DNA of 44,240 nucleotides from Anaeromyxobacter sp. Its GTDB lineage: Bacteria > Myxococcota > Myxococcia > Myxococcales > Anaeromyxobacteraceae. The notes under the pieces are model-generated. The model was not told the origin of the DNA, searched no databases, and saw only the letters and a program-made list of their open reading frames with translations. Made by a program: the position numbers and the translations under genes. Location of the stretch: contig JASGJN010000003.1 in assembly GCA_049840735.1 (NCBI GenBank), positions 1 to 44,240 of the forward strand, written 5' to 3'. Below are positions 29,390 to 41,990 of this stretch, in pieces. Positions within the stretch are counted from its first letter, which is position 1; each line of letters opens with the position of its first letter.

Positions 29390-32065
29390 TCACCGCTGCC
29401 ACCAGTACGACCACTTCACCATCACACTGTCGATGACCGGCCCGTCCAGCAGCCGGCCGCTGGCGAGGCTGGCCGGGGGTAGCCCCTCGGTCACCGGCAG
29501 CTCCTGCTGCGACCGCGTGTAGACCGCGTACAGCGTCGAGCCGAGCCGGTACTCCCAGCGCAGCACCAGGTTCAGGTTGAGCACCGCGTCGTGCGAGCGG
29601 GGATCGGCCGCGTACGCCACCGGCGCCAGCTCGCGGTAGGAGAGCGTGCGCCGGCCGGACAGCTGCGCGCCGTGGAAGGTGCCGCCCCAGCGGATGGAGG
29701 AGCTGAAGAGCTGGGCGTAGACCTGGGCCGAGAGGCGCGGCGTGAAGACCAGCTGCTGGCGCAGCGTGAGCGAGATGAACTCCGGGTGCTGGTCGCCGAA
29801 GATGGCCACGCCGTCCTCGCGCGTCTCGATCCAGCGCGGCCCCTGCGGCTTCTTCCCGTAGGAGCCGTCCAGCCGCGTCTCGAGGCGATCGTGCGGCCGC
29901 CAGCGGGCGGTCAGGTCGCAGCCCCAGCCCGTGGCGGACGGGAAGGCGCCGCCGCCCAGCTGCCGCACCACGAAGACGTTGCCGCTGGCCTGCAGCCGCT
30001 TGCTCGGATCCGAGCCCAGCTCCAGCGACAGGAACCAGTCGTCGGTCCGCTCGAACGGCACGCCGGCCTGCGAGATCTCGCGGGTGTCGTACTGCGGCCG
30101 CTCCAGCGCCAGCTGCACCCCGACGGTCTGGTAGCCGGGCAGCTGGACCGAGGCGTGGACGCTGGTGTTCACCCCGCGCGGCAGCCAGTAGCCGTCGGCC
30201 GACCAGTTCAGGTCCAGGTTGTAGTCCACCTGCAGCGCGTGGAACGGCCCCACGCCGCTGGGCCGGACGTAGTGCAGGTCGAGGTCGCCCCACTGGTAGT
30301 TGGAGAGCGGCTGGTACCCGGAGGCGTTGAGGTCCAGCTTCGCGTCCTCGTAGACGTAGAGCACGTCCCACCGCCAGGGCTCGCCGCCCAGCTTGCCGGC
30401 GCGGAAGTGGCCGCCGTACCCCAGGTCGCCGGCCTGGAGCCGGGTGCCGTCATCCAGCAGCCGCCCCTCCGCCGGCCCGCCCACCGCCTGCGAGACCGCC
30501 ACCTGCCCGAAGCCGCCCCAGTCCCCCGGCACGTCCACGTCGAGCCCCAGCGCGTTGCCGCCCCAGGACTCGCACCCCGCCGCCTGGTACGCCTCGTCGG
30601 TCTCGAACTCGCTGCGCAGGCAGCGCGGCTCGAGCGGCGTGGCGGCGGTGAAGGTGGCGCCGGCGGTGGCGCCGCCGGCCCCGAGCCGCTGGCGGGCCAC
30701 GCCGGCCAGGTAGTTGGTGGTGACCGGGTGGGCGATGGGGAGCGCGTTCTCCGGGCCGAGGTGGAAGGGCTGGCGGGGGCGGAACCGCCAGCGCCGGTCG
30801 GGGTCGGCCTCGTACGGCTCCAGCGCCTGCGGCGACGGCCCGGTGTAGCCGATGGGGACCAGCGAGGCGTTGCCCGCCCCCATCACCAGCGCGTCCAGCA
30901 GCCCCACCTGCAGCCCCGGGCGCGCCGAGCCGGTCAGCTTGGCGGCGCCGAGGATGGGCGCGTCCAGGCCGATGCGGCGCGAGTAGAAGAGCGTCTGCTG
31001 CTGGCCGTAGGCGGCCCCCACCGGCTGGAACAGGTCCAGCCCCTCGAGGAAGAAGGGGCGCTTCTCCGGGAAGTAGGCCTCCGAGTTGGAGAGGTTCTGG
31101 ATCACCTGGTCCGCCTCGACCTGGCCGAAGTCCGGGTTGATGGCGCCGGTGAGCGTGAGCCGGTGGCCCACCGGCGTGCGCAGGTCGAGCCCCAGGTCCA
31201 GCGAGGGATCCACCATCCGCGGGTCGGGGCGGGCCGGGTCGGAGTACTGCGGGTGGACAGTGAGGCGTGTGGCGGCCCAGGGCGAGAGCTCCAGCCCGTG
31301 GCGCACCGGCAGGTCCACCAGGCCGATCAGCCGGCCGAAGCGCGAGACCACCAGGTTCCCCGCGGTCACCGGGTTGGACTCGCGCGGGATCATGCGCGAG
31401 TCGAGCACCTGGTGCGTGCGCGGGAGGTGGCGGCGGACCAGGAAGCCCCAGCGCTGCACCGGCGCCGAGGGGTAGCGCAGCTGCGCGAAGGGGATGGCCA
31501 GCTCGGCGGTCCAGCCCTCCCCGTCCACCCGCACCGCCGCGTCCCAGACCGCGTCCCAGCTGTCGGTGCCGTTCACGTCGGAGAAGAGCAGCCGGTCGCG
31601 CAGCACGCCGGCCGCGTTGACGATGAAGTCGGCGGCGGTCCGGCCGTCGCCGTCGGTGTCGAGCGCCACCTCGATCCGGTCGGCGGTCGGATCGCCGTCG
31701 CGCCGGGCCAGGTGCCGCTGGATGAGCGAAGGCTCGGGATCGTGGCAGCGGACGCCGACGTAGAGCGTGCCCTCGTCGTAGACGACGCGCACCTCGGTGC
31801 GCGGGCTGCCGGGCGCGCCGGGGCGCGGGAAGCTCTCCACGAAGGCGTCGAAGGGCGCGGCTGCGCCCCAGGCCGGCTCGTCGAGGCGGCCGTCCAGGTG
31901 GACCGGTCCGGCGGCGCGCGCGGCGACGATCACCCCCGGCACCGGCACCGGCACCGGCACCGGCACCGGCGCCGGCGCCGGCGCCGCATGCTGCGCCGCG
32001 GCAACCCCTGCGGCGGCCAGCGCCGCAGCGACGGCTCCCGTCCGCCAGGCCACCTCAGCACGCAT
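29390..32065 (-). CDS. DUF5916 / CBM9-like domain outer-membrane protein
   Basis: Signal peptide, LDGRLDEPAW, WTAELAIPF, INPDFGQVEAD, FPEKRPFFLEG, LFYSRRIG and an aromatic barrel-type C-terminus (VMVKWSYWW). GGAGG RBS. Confidence 0.85.
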   Translation of the reverse strand: MRAEVAWRTGAVAAALAAAGVAAAQHAAPAPAPVPVPVPVPVPGVIVAARAAGPVHLDGRLDEPAWGAAAPFDAFVESFPRPGAPGSPRTEVRVVYDEGTLYVGVRCHDPEPSLIQRHLARRDGDPTADRIEVALDTDGDGRTAADFIVNAAGVLRDRLLFSDVNGTDSWDAVWDAAVRVDGEGWTAELAIPFAQLRYPSAPVQRWGFLVRRHLPRTHQVLDSRMIPRESNPVTAGNLVVSRFGRLIGLVDLPVRHGLELSPWAATRLTVHPQYSDPARPDPRMVDPSLDLGLDLRTPVGHRLTLTGAINPDFGQVEADQVIQNLSNSEAYFPEKRPFFLEGLDLFQPVGAAYGQQQTLFYSRRIGLDAPILGAAKLTGSARPGLQVGLLDALVMGAGNASLVPIGYTGPSPQALEPYEADPDRRWRFRPRQPFHLGPENALPIAHPVTTNYLAGVARQRLGAGGATAGATFTAATPLEPRCLRSEFETDEAYQAAGCESWGGNALGLDVDVPGDWGGFGQVAVSQAVGGPAEGRLLDDGTRLQAGDLGYGGHFRAGKLGGEPWRWDVLYVYEDAKLDLNASGYQPLSNYQWGDLDLHYVRPSGVGPFHALQVDYNLDLNWSADGYWLPRGVNTSVHASVQLPGYQTVGVQLALERPQYDTREISQAGVPFERTDDWFLSLELGSDPSKRLQASGNVFVVRQLGGGAFPSATGWGCDLTARWRPHDRLETRLDGSYGKKPQGPRWIETREDGVAIFGDQHPEFISLTLRQQLVFTPRLSAQVYAQLFSSSIRWGGTFHGAQLSGRRTLSYRELAPVAYAADPRSHDAVLNLNLVLRWEYRLGSTLYAVYTRSQQELPVTEGLPPASLASGRLLDGPVIDSVMVKWSYWWQR

Positions 32066-32329
32066 CACCGCCTCCGCGGTCGCGCGCGGCGACCCGCCCC
32101 CTCCTACGGACGAGCGGGCCTCCTATTTCACGGCCTCGTCCTCCACGCGCCGGGGCGCTGCTCCGCACCCGCCGCGCGCGCCGCGCCGCGCCGGCTGCGC
32201 CGCGCGCACGGACCCTGGGCACACTTCACGTTGGGTGACTGGAATCGACCGCAGCACCCCAGAGAGCCAGGCGAGCGAGGGGCGCAGCCGGCCAAGCCCC
32301 GATCCATTCCCGCCGCACGGAGCGCAGCC

Positions 32330-35300
32330 ATGTCCACCCTCCGCCGCCCCTCGCAGCGCGTCATCGCCCGCCTCGCCGCCGCAGCGCTCGCCGTGGCCGG
32401 CGCGGCCGGGCCGGCCCGGGCCCAGCTGGTGGGAGAGAACATCAACATGGTCTCGGGCACGCAGTGGCCCGGCGGCGATCCCTTCCTGCAGCGCCAGAAC
32501 GAGCCCTCCATCGCGGTGAGCAGCGCCAACCCCGACCACCTGCTGGCCGGCGCCAACGACTACCGCACCGTGGACCTGCCCGATCCCGACGCCAGCGGCT
32601 CCACCGGCGACGCGTGGCTGGGGCTCTACAAGTCCTTCGACGGCGGCCTCACCTGGCAGAGCGTGCTGGTGCCGGGCTATCCGCAGGACACCTCGGCGGC
32701 GGGCCTGGCCTCGCCGCTGCGCGGGTTCCGCTCGGCGGCCGACCCCACCGTGCGGGCCGGCACCGACGGCCTCTTCTACTACAGCGGCATCGCCTTCGAC
32801 CGCGCCACCGGGCTGGGCACCATCTTCGTGGCCCGCTTCCTCGACGGCAACGACAAGGAGAACGGCGACGCCACCCAGGGCCGCGATCCCATCCGCTACC
32901 TGGGCGCGGTGGCGGTGGACGGCGGGACCGACGGCCAGTTCATGGACAAGCCCTGGCTGGCCACCGACGTGCCCCGGGCCGGCGCCGGCAGCTGCGTCCT
33001 CCCCGGCTCGCCCGCCCGCGTCGTGGCGGCCGGCACCGCCTACGTGGCCTACGCCACCTTCACCGGCTCCAAGGAGAACGCCAGCAAGATCCTGGTCTCG
33101 CGCACGCTCGACTGCGGCGCCACCTGGTCCAGGCCGGTGAAGGTGAGCGAGTCCAACTCGCTCAACCAGGGCACGGCGCTGGCCGTGGATCCGCTCACCG
33201 GCGCGGTGTGGCTGGCCTGGAGGCGCTACGCCAGCTCCAGCGAGACCGACGCGATCATGATCGCCTCCTCCACCGACGGCGGCCAGACCTGGTCCAAGGC
33301 CTCGGTGGTGGCGAACATCGCCCCCTTCGACCAGGCCATCACCCCCACGGCCTTCAAGAGCCAGACCCTCCCCAGCCTGGCCATCTCGGTGGACGCGGCG
33401 GCGACGCGCAGCTGGCTCCACCTGGCCTGGCAGGAGCGGCGCGGCGCGACCGGCGACGCCCGCATCGTGCTCTCCTCCTCCAGCGGCGGGGTCACCTGGT
33501 CGGCGCCCCAGCCCATCGACGACGCCCCCATCGCCGACGAGCTGGGCAACACCTTCTCGCGCGGGCACCAGCTCATGCCGCAGCTCACCTTCAGCCAGGG
33601 CCGGCTGATGGCGCTCTACTACGACTCGCGGCTGGACCACACCCGCAGCTACCACGCCCCGCGCTCCCCCTTCGCGCCCGACCCGGTCACCGGCGCCTTC
33701 TACTCGGAGTGGCGGGCCCCGCTGGGCGAGCTGCCCAGCAGCCCGTCGCTGGTCTTCGGCCCGGGCATCGACGACGCCGGGCTGACGCAGGTCCGCCACA
33801 CGCTCGACGTCCGCGTGGCCCAGGCCGGCCCGGGCGCGTCGCCGGCCTTCACCTCCGCCCGCGTCTCGCGCTTCCCGTTCGGCACGCGCGGCGACGAGGT
33901 GATCGGACAGCAGGCCCCGTCCTTCTCCGGCCCGCCGCTGCAGGTGGTGGACGGGAACGGGGTGGTGCAGCTGCTCCAGCAGCTCCAGGTGAACCCGCCC
34001 AACCTGCCCATGTTCCGCAAGGGCACCGCGCCGTTCATGGGCGACTACATCGACCTCGCCGGCCCGGCCTTCGCGCGGACCGCCGGCGGCGGCTGCGATC
34101 TTCAACACCGCGCCGTCGGGCGCGCCGGTGCACCACGCCATCTGGACCTCGAACCAGGACGTGCGCCCGCCCGCCGACGGCGACTGGACCCGCTACACGC
34201 CGGTGGGCGCCGCCGGCCCCAGCGTCTGGGATCCGACCGTGACGCGCCCGGCCTGCGTCCCCGGCAACGAGGGCTCGCGCAACCAGAACATCTACACGGC
34301 GCGGATCACCAGCGGTCTGGCCGTCTCCACCCCGCAGAACGTGAAGCCGCTCTCGGCCACCGTCACCCGCGCCTTCGTGGCCGCCGTCACCAACAGCACC
34401 GACCGCGTGGTGGCGGTGCGCCTCACCGCCACCCCGCCCGCCGGCGTGGCCGCCTCCTTCCGCAACGACGGCGTGACCGCGCTGGCGCTGGAGGTGCTGC
34501 TGCCGCCGCGCTCGTCCGCGGCGCGCTCGCTCTTCGTGCGGCTGGCCGGCGCCACCGATCCGCTCTCCACCATCCCGGTGCGCGTCGAGGAGACCGACGC
34601 CTCCGGCGGCTGCCTGGGGGCCACGCCGCCGGCCTGCCCGGTCCGGACCGGCGGCCTGGGCGGCTCGGTCACCTTCAACCCGCCCGGCGTCTTCGCCGGG
34701 CTGCGCCAGCCGGACGGCAGCCCCGACGACGTGGCCAGCGGCGAGGTCTACGCGCCGGCGCTGCTGCTCGCCAACGTCACCTCGGCCAACGTGACCAGCG
34801 CCAACGTGACCTCGGCCAACGTCACCAGCGCCAACGTGACCAGCGCGAACGTGACCAGCGCCAACGTGACCAGCACGCACGTGTCCAACCCCGACCTGGC
34901 CAACGTGACCAGCGCGAACGTCACCAGCGCCAACGTGACCTCGGCCAACGTGACCAGCGCGAACGTGACCTCCGCCCCCATCGCCTCCGCGAACGTGACC
35001 AGCGCCAACGTGACCAGCGCCTCCATCACCGACGCGAACTACACGCTCACCAACACCGGCAACACCAGCCACTCCTACCACCTCAAGATCGTGGGCACGC
35101 CCACCGGCGGACCGCTGCAGCTGGTCGTCTCCAAGCCGTCCTACACGCCGCTCGCCATCGGCTGCGTACTGCTGCAGCAGCCGCGCAACGTGGTGGTGCT
35201 CAACGTCCCCGACGTCTCCGCCGCCATCCTGCCGCCGGGCTCGGCCCTGCTCGACCCCAACATCCCCGACCCCAGCACCACCAACGCCACCGTGGAGCTG

Positions 35301-36662
35301 GCGCCGGGCGAGACCGCCCAGATCACCCTGCGCGGCGCGGTGGGCCTGGCGCAGATGGCCGGCGCCGTGGGCCAGCTCACGCCGGTGGCCATCCCGCACG
35401 CCGGCGGCACCTTCGCGGCGGCGCTGATCATCACCTCCGGCGGCGCGGACCTCCCGGCGCCGCGGGTGGGCGTGCCGTACAGCGGCACCCTCGCGGCGCT
35501 GGGCGGGCAGGGGCCGTACAGCTGGACGCTGGCGGGCGGCTCGCTCCCGGCCGGCCTGACGCTGGGCGCGGGCGGGGTGGTGACCGGCACGCCCACCGCC
35601 GCCGGCACGGTCACCTTCACCGTCCAGGTGACCGACGCGGCGCAGGCCACGGCGCAGCGGAGCGTGACCCTCTCGGTGCAGCGCGGCCCAACCACCACCG
35701 CGCTCGCCGTCTCGCCCACCTCCAGCGTCAGCGGCCAGCCGGTGACGCTCACCGCCACCGTCGCGCCCGCGGATCCGCTGGCCCCGGCGGCCAGCGGATC
35801 CGTCACCTTCACGGACGGCGGCGTCTCCGTCGGCAGCGCTCCGCTCTCCGGCGGCGTGGCCACGCTGGTCCTGCCGGGCCTCTCCGTGGGCGGCCACACC
35901 ATCCAGGCCAGCTACCCCGGCGACGGCCGCTACCTGGGCAGCAGCTCGGCCCAGGTGTTGGCCTCGGTGGGCCTGGCCAGCTCGGCGCTGGCCCTGACCG
36001 CCGCACCCAACCCGTCCAGCGAGGGGACCGCGGTCACCTTCACCGCCACCGTGACGGCGGTGGCCCCGGGCAGCGGTACGCCCACCGGCGCCGTCACCTT
36101 CTCCGACGGCGGCACGTCCCTGGCCACCGTGGCCCTGGCCGGCGGGCAGGCCACCTTCACCACCAGCGCGCTCGCCCAGGGGGCGCACGCCATCGGCGCC
36201 GCGTACGGCGGCGACGCCCGCTTCTCCCCGGCCAGCGCCGCGCTCACCCAGACCGTCCAGCCGCCGCCGCGCTACGGGTTCGCCGGCTTCCTGTCGCCGC
36301 TCAGCGCGGCCGGCACCCTCACGGCGCCGTCCTGGTCCGGCCCGCAGAAGCTGGGCAGCGGCGTGCCGCTCAAGTGGATCCTGACCAGCCCCGGCGGCAC
36401 GGTGCTGAGCAGCCTCTCCACGACACGGCGCATCACCGCCATCCTCAACCCGGCCTGCAGCGGCCCCCCGCCGGCCGGCTCCGCCGTGGTGCTCCTCTAC
36501 TCCCCGACCGCCGGGGCCACGGGCAACAGCACCTTCCGGTTCTCGTCCGGCCAGTTCATCTTCAACTGGGACACCTCCTCCGCGAGCCGCGCCTGCTACA
36601 CCATCGCGCTGGAGCTGGACGACGGCAGCCCGCCGCGGGCCACCACCGTGAAGCTCCAGTAG
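32330..36662 (+). CDS. Large secreted protein: BNR/sialidase-like propeller, ANVTS pentapeptide repeats, Ig-like domains, PxKF-like C-terminus; +1 frameshift at ~34096
   Basis: Signal peptide; Asp-boxes SFDGGLTW, TLDCGATW, STDGGQTW; LPAGLTL..GVVTGTPT (He_PIG-like); two VTFxDG..ATL..G.H.I.A.Y.GD (Big_3-like); GFLSPL..GSGVPLKW. Confidence 0.8.
34770..35018 (+). repeat. 15-bp coding repeat, 14 exact ANVTS units (7+5+2)
   Basis: GC(C/G)AACGT(C/G)ACC(AGC/TCG/TCC) units read directly from the sequence. Confidence 0.95.
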
Positions 36663-36722
36663 GGGTGCGTGGGACCAGATTCTCGGACGGGGCGCAATCG
36701 CCGCTTTATGTGGTGATCACAC

Positions 36723-39033
36723 ATGTCCGGCGGCCCGCTGGAGCAGCACGGGGACCCTGCGGCGGGTGAGCGCCGCTCATCCGAGCCGAGAGGCCTGCGC
36801 TGGCTGCTCCTCGAGCTCCGCCGGCGCCGCGTCCACCGCGCGCTGGTGGCCTACGTCCTCGCCGTGCTCGGCCTGCTGCAGGGCGTGGACGTCCTCTGCA
36901 ACGCGTTCGACTGGCCGCACTGGGTGCTGACCGCGGCCACGGTGCTCGCCTTCCTGGGACTGCCGGTGAACGTCGTGGTGGCCTGGTTCTACGACCTGGT
37001 GCCCGAGCCGGGCGAGCCGCGCCGCACCTCGGACGCGCCCTCCACGGCCCCGGCGCCCGCGCCGGCGGGGAGGCCCATCCGGCTCAGGAAGCCGACCTGG
37101 GCGGTGATCTCGGCGCTCTTCGTCGCGGTGGCGGGGCTGGGCGTGTGGCGGCTCTGGCCCTCCGCGCCGGCGGCGCCGCCGGCCCCGCGCAGCGTGCTGG
37201 TGGCCGACTTCCGCAACGGCACCGGCGAGCCGGTCTTCGAGGGGACGCTGGAGCCCGCGCTGACGCTGGCGCTGGAGGGCGCGACCTTCCTCACCTCCTA
37301 CTCGCGCGGCGCCGCGCTGCGCACCGCCGACCAGCTCAGGTACCAGGGCGCTGGGCTGGAGGAGGCGCGCGCGCGGCTGGTGGCGCAGCGCGAGGGGATC
37401 GACGTGGTCACCGCCGGCACCATCGACCGGGCCGGCGGCGGGTACCGCGTGGGCGTGCGGGCGGTGGACGCCATCACCGGGCAGGTCATCGCCGAGGGGA
37501 GCGAGGAGGTAGGGTCCAAGGACGCGGTGCTGGCCGCGGCCACCAAGCTGGCCGCCAAGGTGCGCAAGGCGCTGGGCGACAACGTGCCGGAGGCGGTGCA
37601 GCTCTCGGCCGGCGAGACCTTCAGCGCCGCCTCGCTGGAGGCCGCGCACGCCTACGCCGCCGGCATGAACCACCAGTTCGCCGGCCGCTGGGACCAGGCG
37701 GCCGCCGCCTACCAGGACGCCCTGCGGCTCGACCCGCGGCTGGGGCGCGCCTACGCCGGGCTCGCCGTCCTCTCCTCCAACGCCGGCAAGCGCGCGGACG
37801 CGGAGCGCTACTTCAAGGAGGCCATGGCGCGGGTGGACCGGATGAGCGACCGGGAGAAGTTCCGGACCCGCGGCGCCTACTACCTGGTGGTGGACCGCGA
37901 CCCGGCCCTGGCCATCGAGGCGCTCTCCGCCCTGGTGACCCGCTACCCGGCCGACAACGCCGGGCTGGCCAACCTGGCCGTCGCGTACCAGCTGCAGCGC
38001 GACTTCGGGAAGGCGCTCACAGAGGGGCGGCGCGCCATCGGCATCTACCCCCGCAACGTCCCGCAGCGGAACAACGTGGGGCTGTTCGCGATGTACGCCG
38101 GCCAGCTGGACGCCGCCATCGGCGAGCAGCAGAAGGTGCTGGAGCTGAACCCGAGCTTCACCAATGGTCACGTGGGGCTGGCGCTGGCGCTGCTGGCCGC
38201 CGGCCGGCGCGACGAGGCGGTGGCGGCCTGGGACCGGCTCGCGAAGCTGGGCCCGGGCGGCGCCTCCAGCGCCGCCGAGGGGCTGGCCGACCTGGCCGCC
38301 TACGAGGGGCGGCTGGGCGACGCGCGCGGGCTCCTGGAGCAGGCCATCGCCGAGGACGCGAAGGGCGGCGACCCGGAAGGCGCCGCGCGCAAGCGGGCCG
38401 CGCTGGCCGGCGTGCTGCTGGCGGCCGGGCAGAAGCCGGCGGCGGTGGCGGCGGCGGCGCAGGCGGTTCTCCGGCAGCGCCACCGACTACGTGCAGTACG
38501 CGGCCGGGGTGGTGCTGGCGCAGGCCGGCGAGGACCGGCAGGCGCTGGCCGTGGCCGACGGCCTGGACGCCCGCATCGCGGTGGAGGCCCGCCTCTACGC
38601 CGACCTGGTCCGCGCCGAGGTGGACCTGGCCCACGCACAGCACGCCTCGGCGGTGGAGCGGCTGCGCGGCGCGGGGCAGCGCATCGACGCCTGGCTGGTC
38701 CGGGCCGCGCTGGGGCACGCCTACCTGAGGGCCGGCGCCTACGCCCCCGCGCTGGACGAGCTGGAGAAGGCGCAGCAGCGGCGCGGCGAGGCCACCGACG
38801 CTTTCCTGGACGTGGTCCCCACCTTCAGGCTGGCGGCGCAGGTGGAGTTCGACCTGGCCCGCGCCCACGCCGGCCTGGGCAGCGCCGCGGCCGGCGAGGC
38901 GTTCCAGGCGTTCCTGGGCCGGCGGGTGAAGGCGGACGATCCGCGTGTGGTCGAGGGGAAGCGGCTGCTGGCCGCGCTGGCCCCCGCGGGAGCACCTGCG
39001 CCCACCTCCTCCGCCACCACGCCGCCGAAGTGA
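36723..39033 (+). CDS. Membrane-anchored TPR protein; +1 frameshift at ~38467
   Basis: N-terminal ELRRRRV + TM helices, SVLVADFRNGTG (TolB-N/FlgO-like) and multiple TPR motifs (ALRLDPRLGRAYAGLA, VLELNPSF). Confidence 0.8.
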
Positions 39034-39070
39034 GTTGCGCCGGCGCCCGCTGGTGCGCTCTCATCGGCGA

Positions 39071-40040
39071 GTGAATCCCGCTCGCCGCCTCGCCCCGCTC
39101 CTGACGGTCCTCCTCGTCGCCGCCTGCGGCCCGGCCACCTCCGACCTGGCCACCGCTGGCGGCGCCGGTGGCGGAGGTGGCGGCGGCGGTGGCGGTGGCG
39201 GGGGTGGCACCGGCGGCGGTCCGGCCACCGTGCCGGCCTGGCCCGAGCGCTCGGTGCTGGCGCTCACCAACGCGGTGCGGATGTCGCCCGCGCACTGGAA
39301 GGCCCGCTGGTCGGGCGGGAGCCTGGGCACGGGCGTGATGGACGGCTACGCGGCGGTAGCGCCGCTGCGCTGGAACGCCGGCCTGGGCACCTCGGCCGAG
39401 GCGCACTCGCAGGACATGGCCAGCACGCCCTGCTTCTCCCACGACTCCTGCGACGGGACCGGCTGGGCCACCCGCATCCACGCCACGTACAGCAACGGCA
39501 CCATCGGCGAGAACATCGCGGCCGGCTACGGCGACCCCGAGGCGGTGATGCTGGGCTGGATTCTGCGACGCCAGCGGCGGCAGCTGCTGCGCCGACGGCG
39601 CCAGCTGCGACGGCCACCGCCGCAACCTCATGGCCGGCGGCTACCGCGAGCTGGGCGTGGGCTGGGCCCAGGTCTCGGGCAGCCCCTACGGCCAGTACTG
39701 GACCCAGGACTTCGGCGGCGGCGCCTCCGCCGAGACCTCGCCGCTCCTCGACGCCAGCCACCTGCTCCGGACCGGCAGCACCATCCGCTTCCTGGCCAAC
39801 GTCTCCGCCGCCGCCGCGCCGCAGTCGGTGACGCTGGTGCTGGACGGCGCGGCCCAGGCCATGTCGGTGGCGCTTGGCAGCGCGGCGCAGGGGACGCGCG
39901 CCGTCGATTTCGCGCGCGCCTCGGGCTGCCGCAGCTACCACGTCGAGCTGGTGGACGCGGGCGGCACCAGCTGGCGCTACCCGGGCACGGGCGAGCTGCA
40001 CACGTATGGTGAAGGCGGGTGCACGCTGGACCTGCCGTGA
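39071..40040 (+). CDS. CAP/SCP-domain lipoprotein; +1 frameshift at ~39561
   Basis: Lipobox VAAC, Gly linker, LTNAVR, PLRWN, AEAHSQDM, FSHDS, GENIAAG, GHRRNLM, YWTQDFG. Confidence 0.85.
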
Positions 40041-40122
40041 GCGGTCTCGTGGAGCAGCTCCGCCAGCGCCAACCCGGGCGCCGCGTGCCATGCCCACACC
40101 GCTCCGCGGGGAGGGACACGAA

Positions 40123-40615
40123 ATGGAAGCGCACGAGGCGTTGAAGAAGTGCCCGATGTGCGGTGAGGAGATCCTCGCCGTGGCGATCAAGTGCAAGCAC
40201 TGCGGCGAGCGCCTGGACCTTCCTCACCGGAAGCGGCTGCCGTCGCTCTCACCCGAGCAGCGGAAGAAGCTCGTACTGGCTGCGGCGGTGGTGCTCGTTG
40301 CGGCAGCTCTCGGTGGACTGGGGTGGCTCGTCTACGCACGTGTGCCCGAGACGAAGTTCTGGGTCTCGGTGCACAAGGATGTTGAGTGGCACCGGGACTG
40401 GCAGGACGCTCGCGTGAGGAACGACCGCACTCGAGTCGGCGACATCTATCGCGAGCTGTCCGCTGCCCACCCAGATGACGGGGACCTCGAGTATCTCGCC
40501 CTCCGCGCACTGCCTGACGGCGAGAAGAAGCTGGAGGAACTAGATGAGGCGGCCAAGAGGTTCGACAAGAACGCCTGGGTACTTTACGGGCTTGCTGAGG
40601 CCGAGGAGCAGGCCG
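40123..40615 (+). CDS. Zinc-ribbon + TM protein, truncated by the junction at ~40615
   Basis: CPMCGEEILAVAIKCKHCG, a TM segment and the start of a TPR-like helix; GAGGG RBS. The downstream sequence belongs to a different locus. Confidence 0.65.
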
Positions 40616-40653
40616 CGGCGACCGAAGTATCGAGTTCATCTTCAATCTCTCCC

Positions 40654-41857
<1,204 letters not shown>

Positions 41858-41990
41858 CCAGCCTCTCCTTCAGTTCAGTTGCAGATAGCCACCTGTTGAC
41901 GCGAGCGGCAAGCGCAATTTCCCGGTGGACGAGGTGGCTGGTCGGTGTATTGGCACGGTTCCTCCCCGCTCATGCTGAATGGAGTTGTGC

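Noticed and set aside
31937..31986. (GGCACC)n hexamer run as a phase-variation tract
   Set aside because: The unit is a multiple of three and encodes a Pro-Val/Ala linker after a signal peptide, so it cannot shift the frame.
34770..35018. CRISPR or non-coding tandem repeat
   Set aside because: In-frame 15-bp coding repeat with synonymous variation and no spacers.
20944..36769. Very long alternative ORFs (e.g. 20962-24582, 25886-29299, 26086-29367, 29591-36769)
   Set aside because: Stop-poor shadow frames of GC-rich genes with Arg/Gly/Pro-rich translations. Only the sub-segments listed as features have motifs and plausible starts.
41950..41966. Sigma-54 promoter (TGGCAC) before glcB
   Set aside because: No TTGC at the -12 position, and the region is low-quality sequence.
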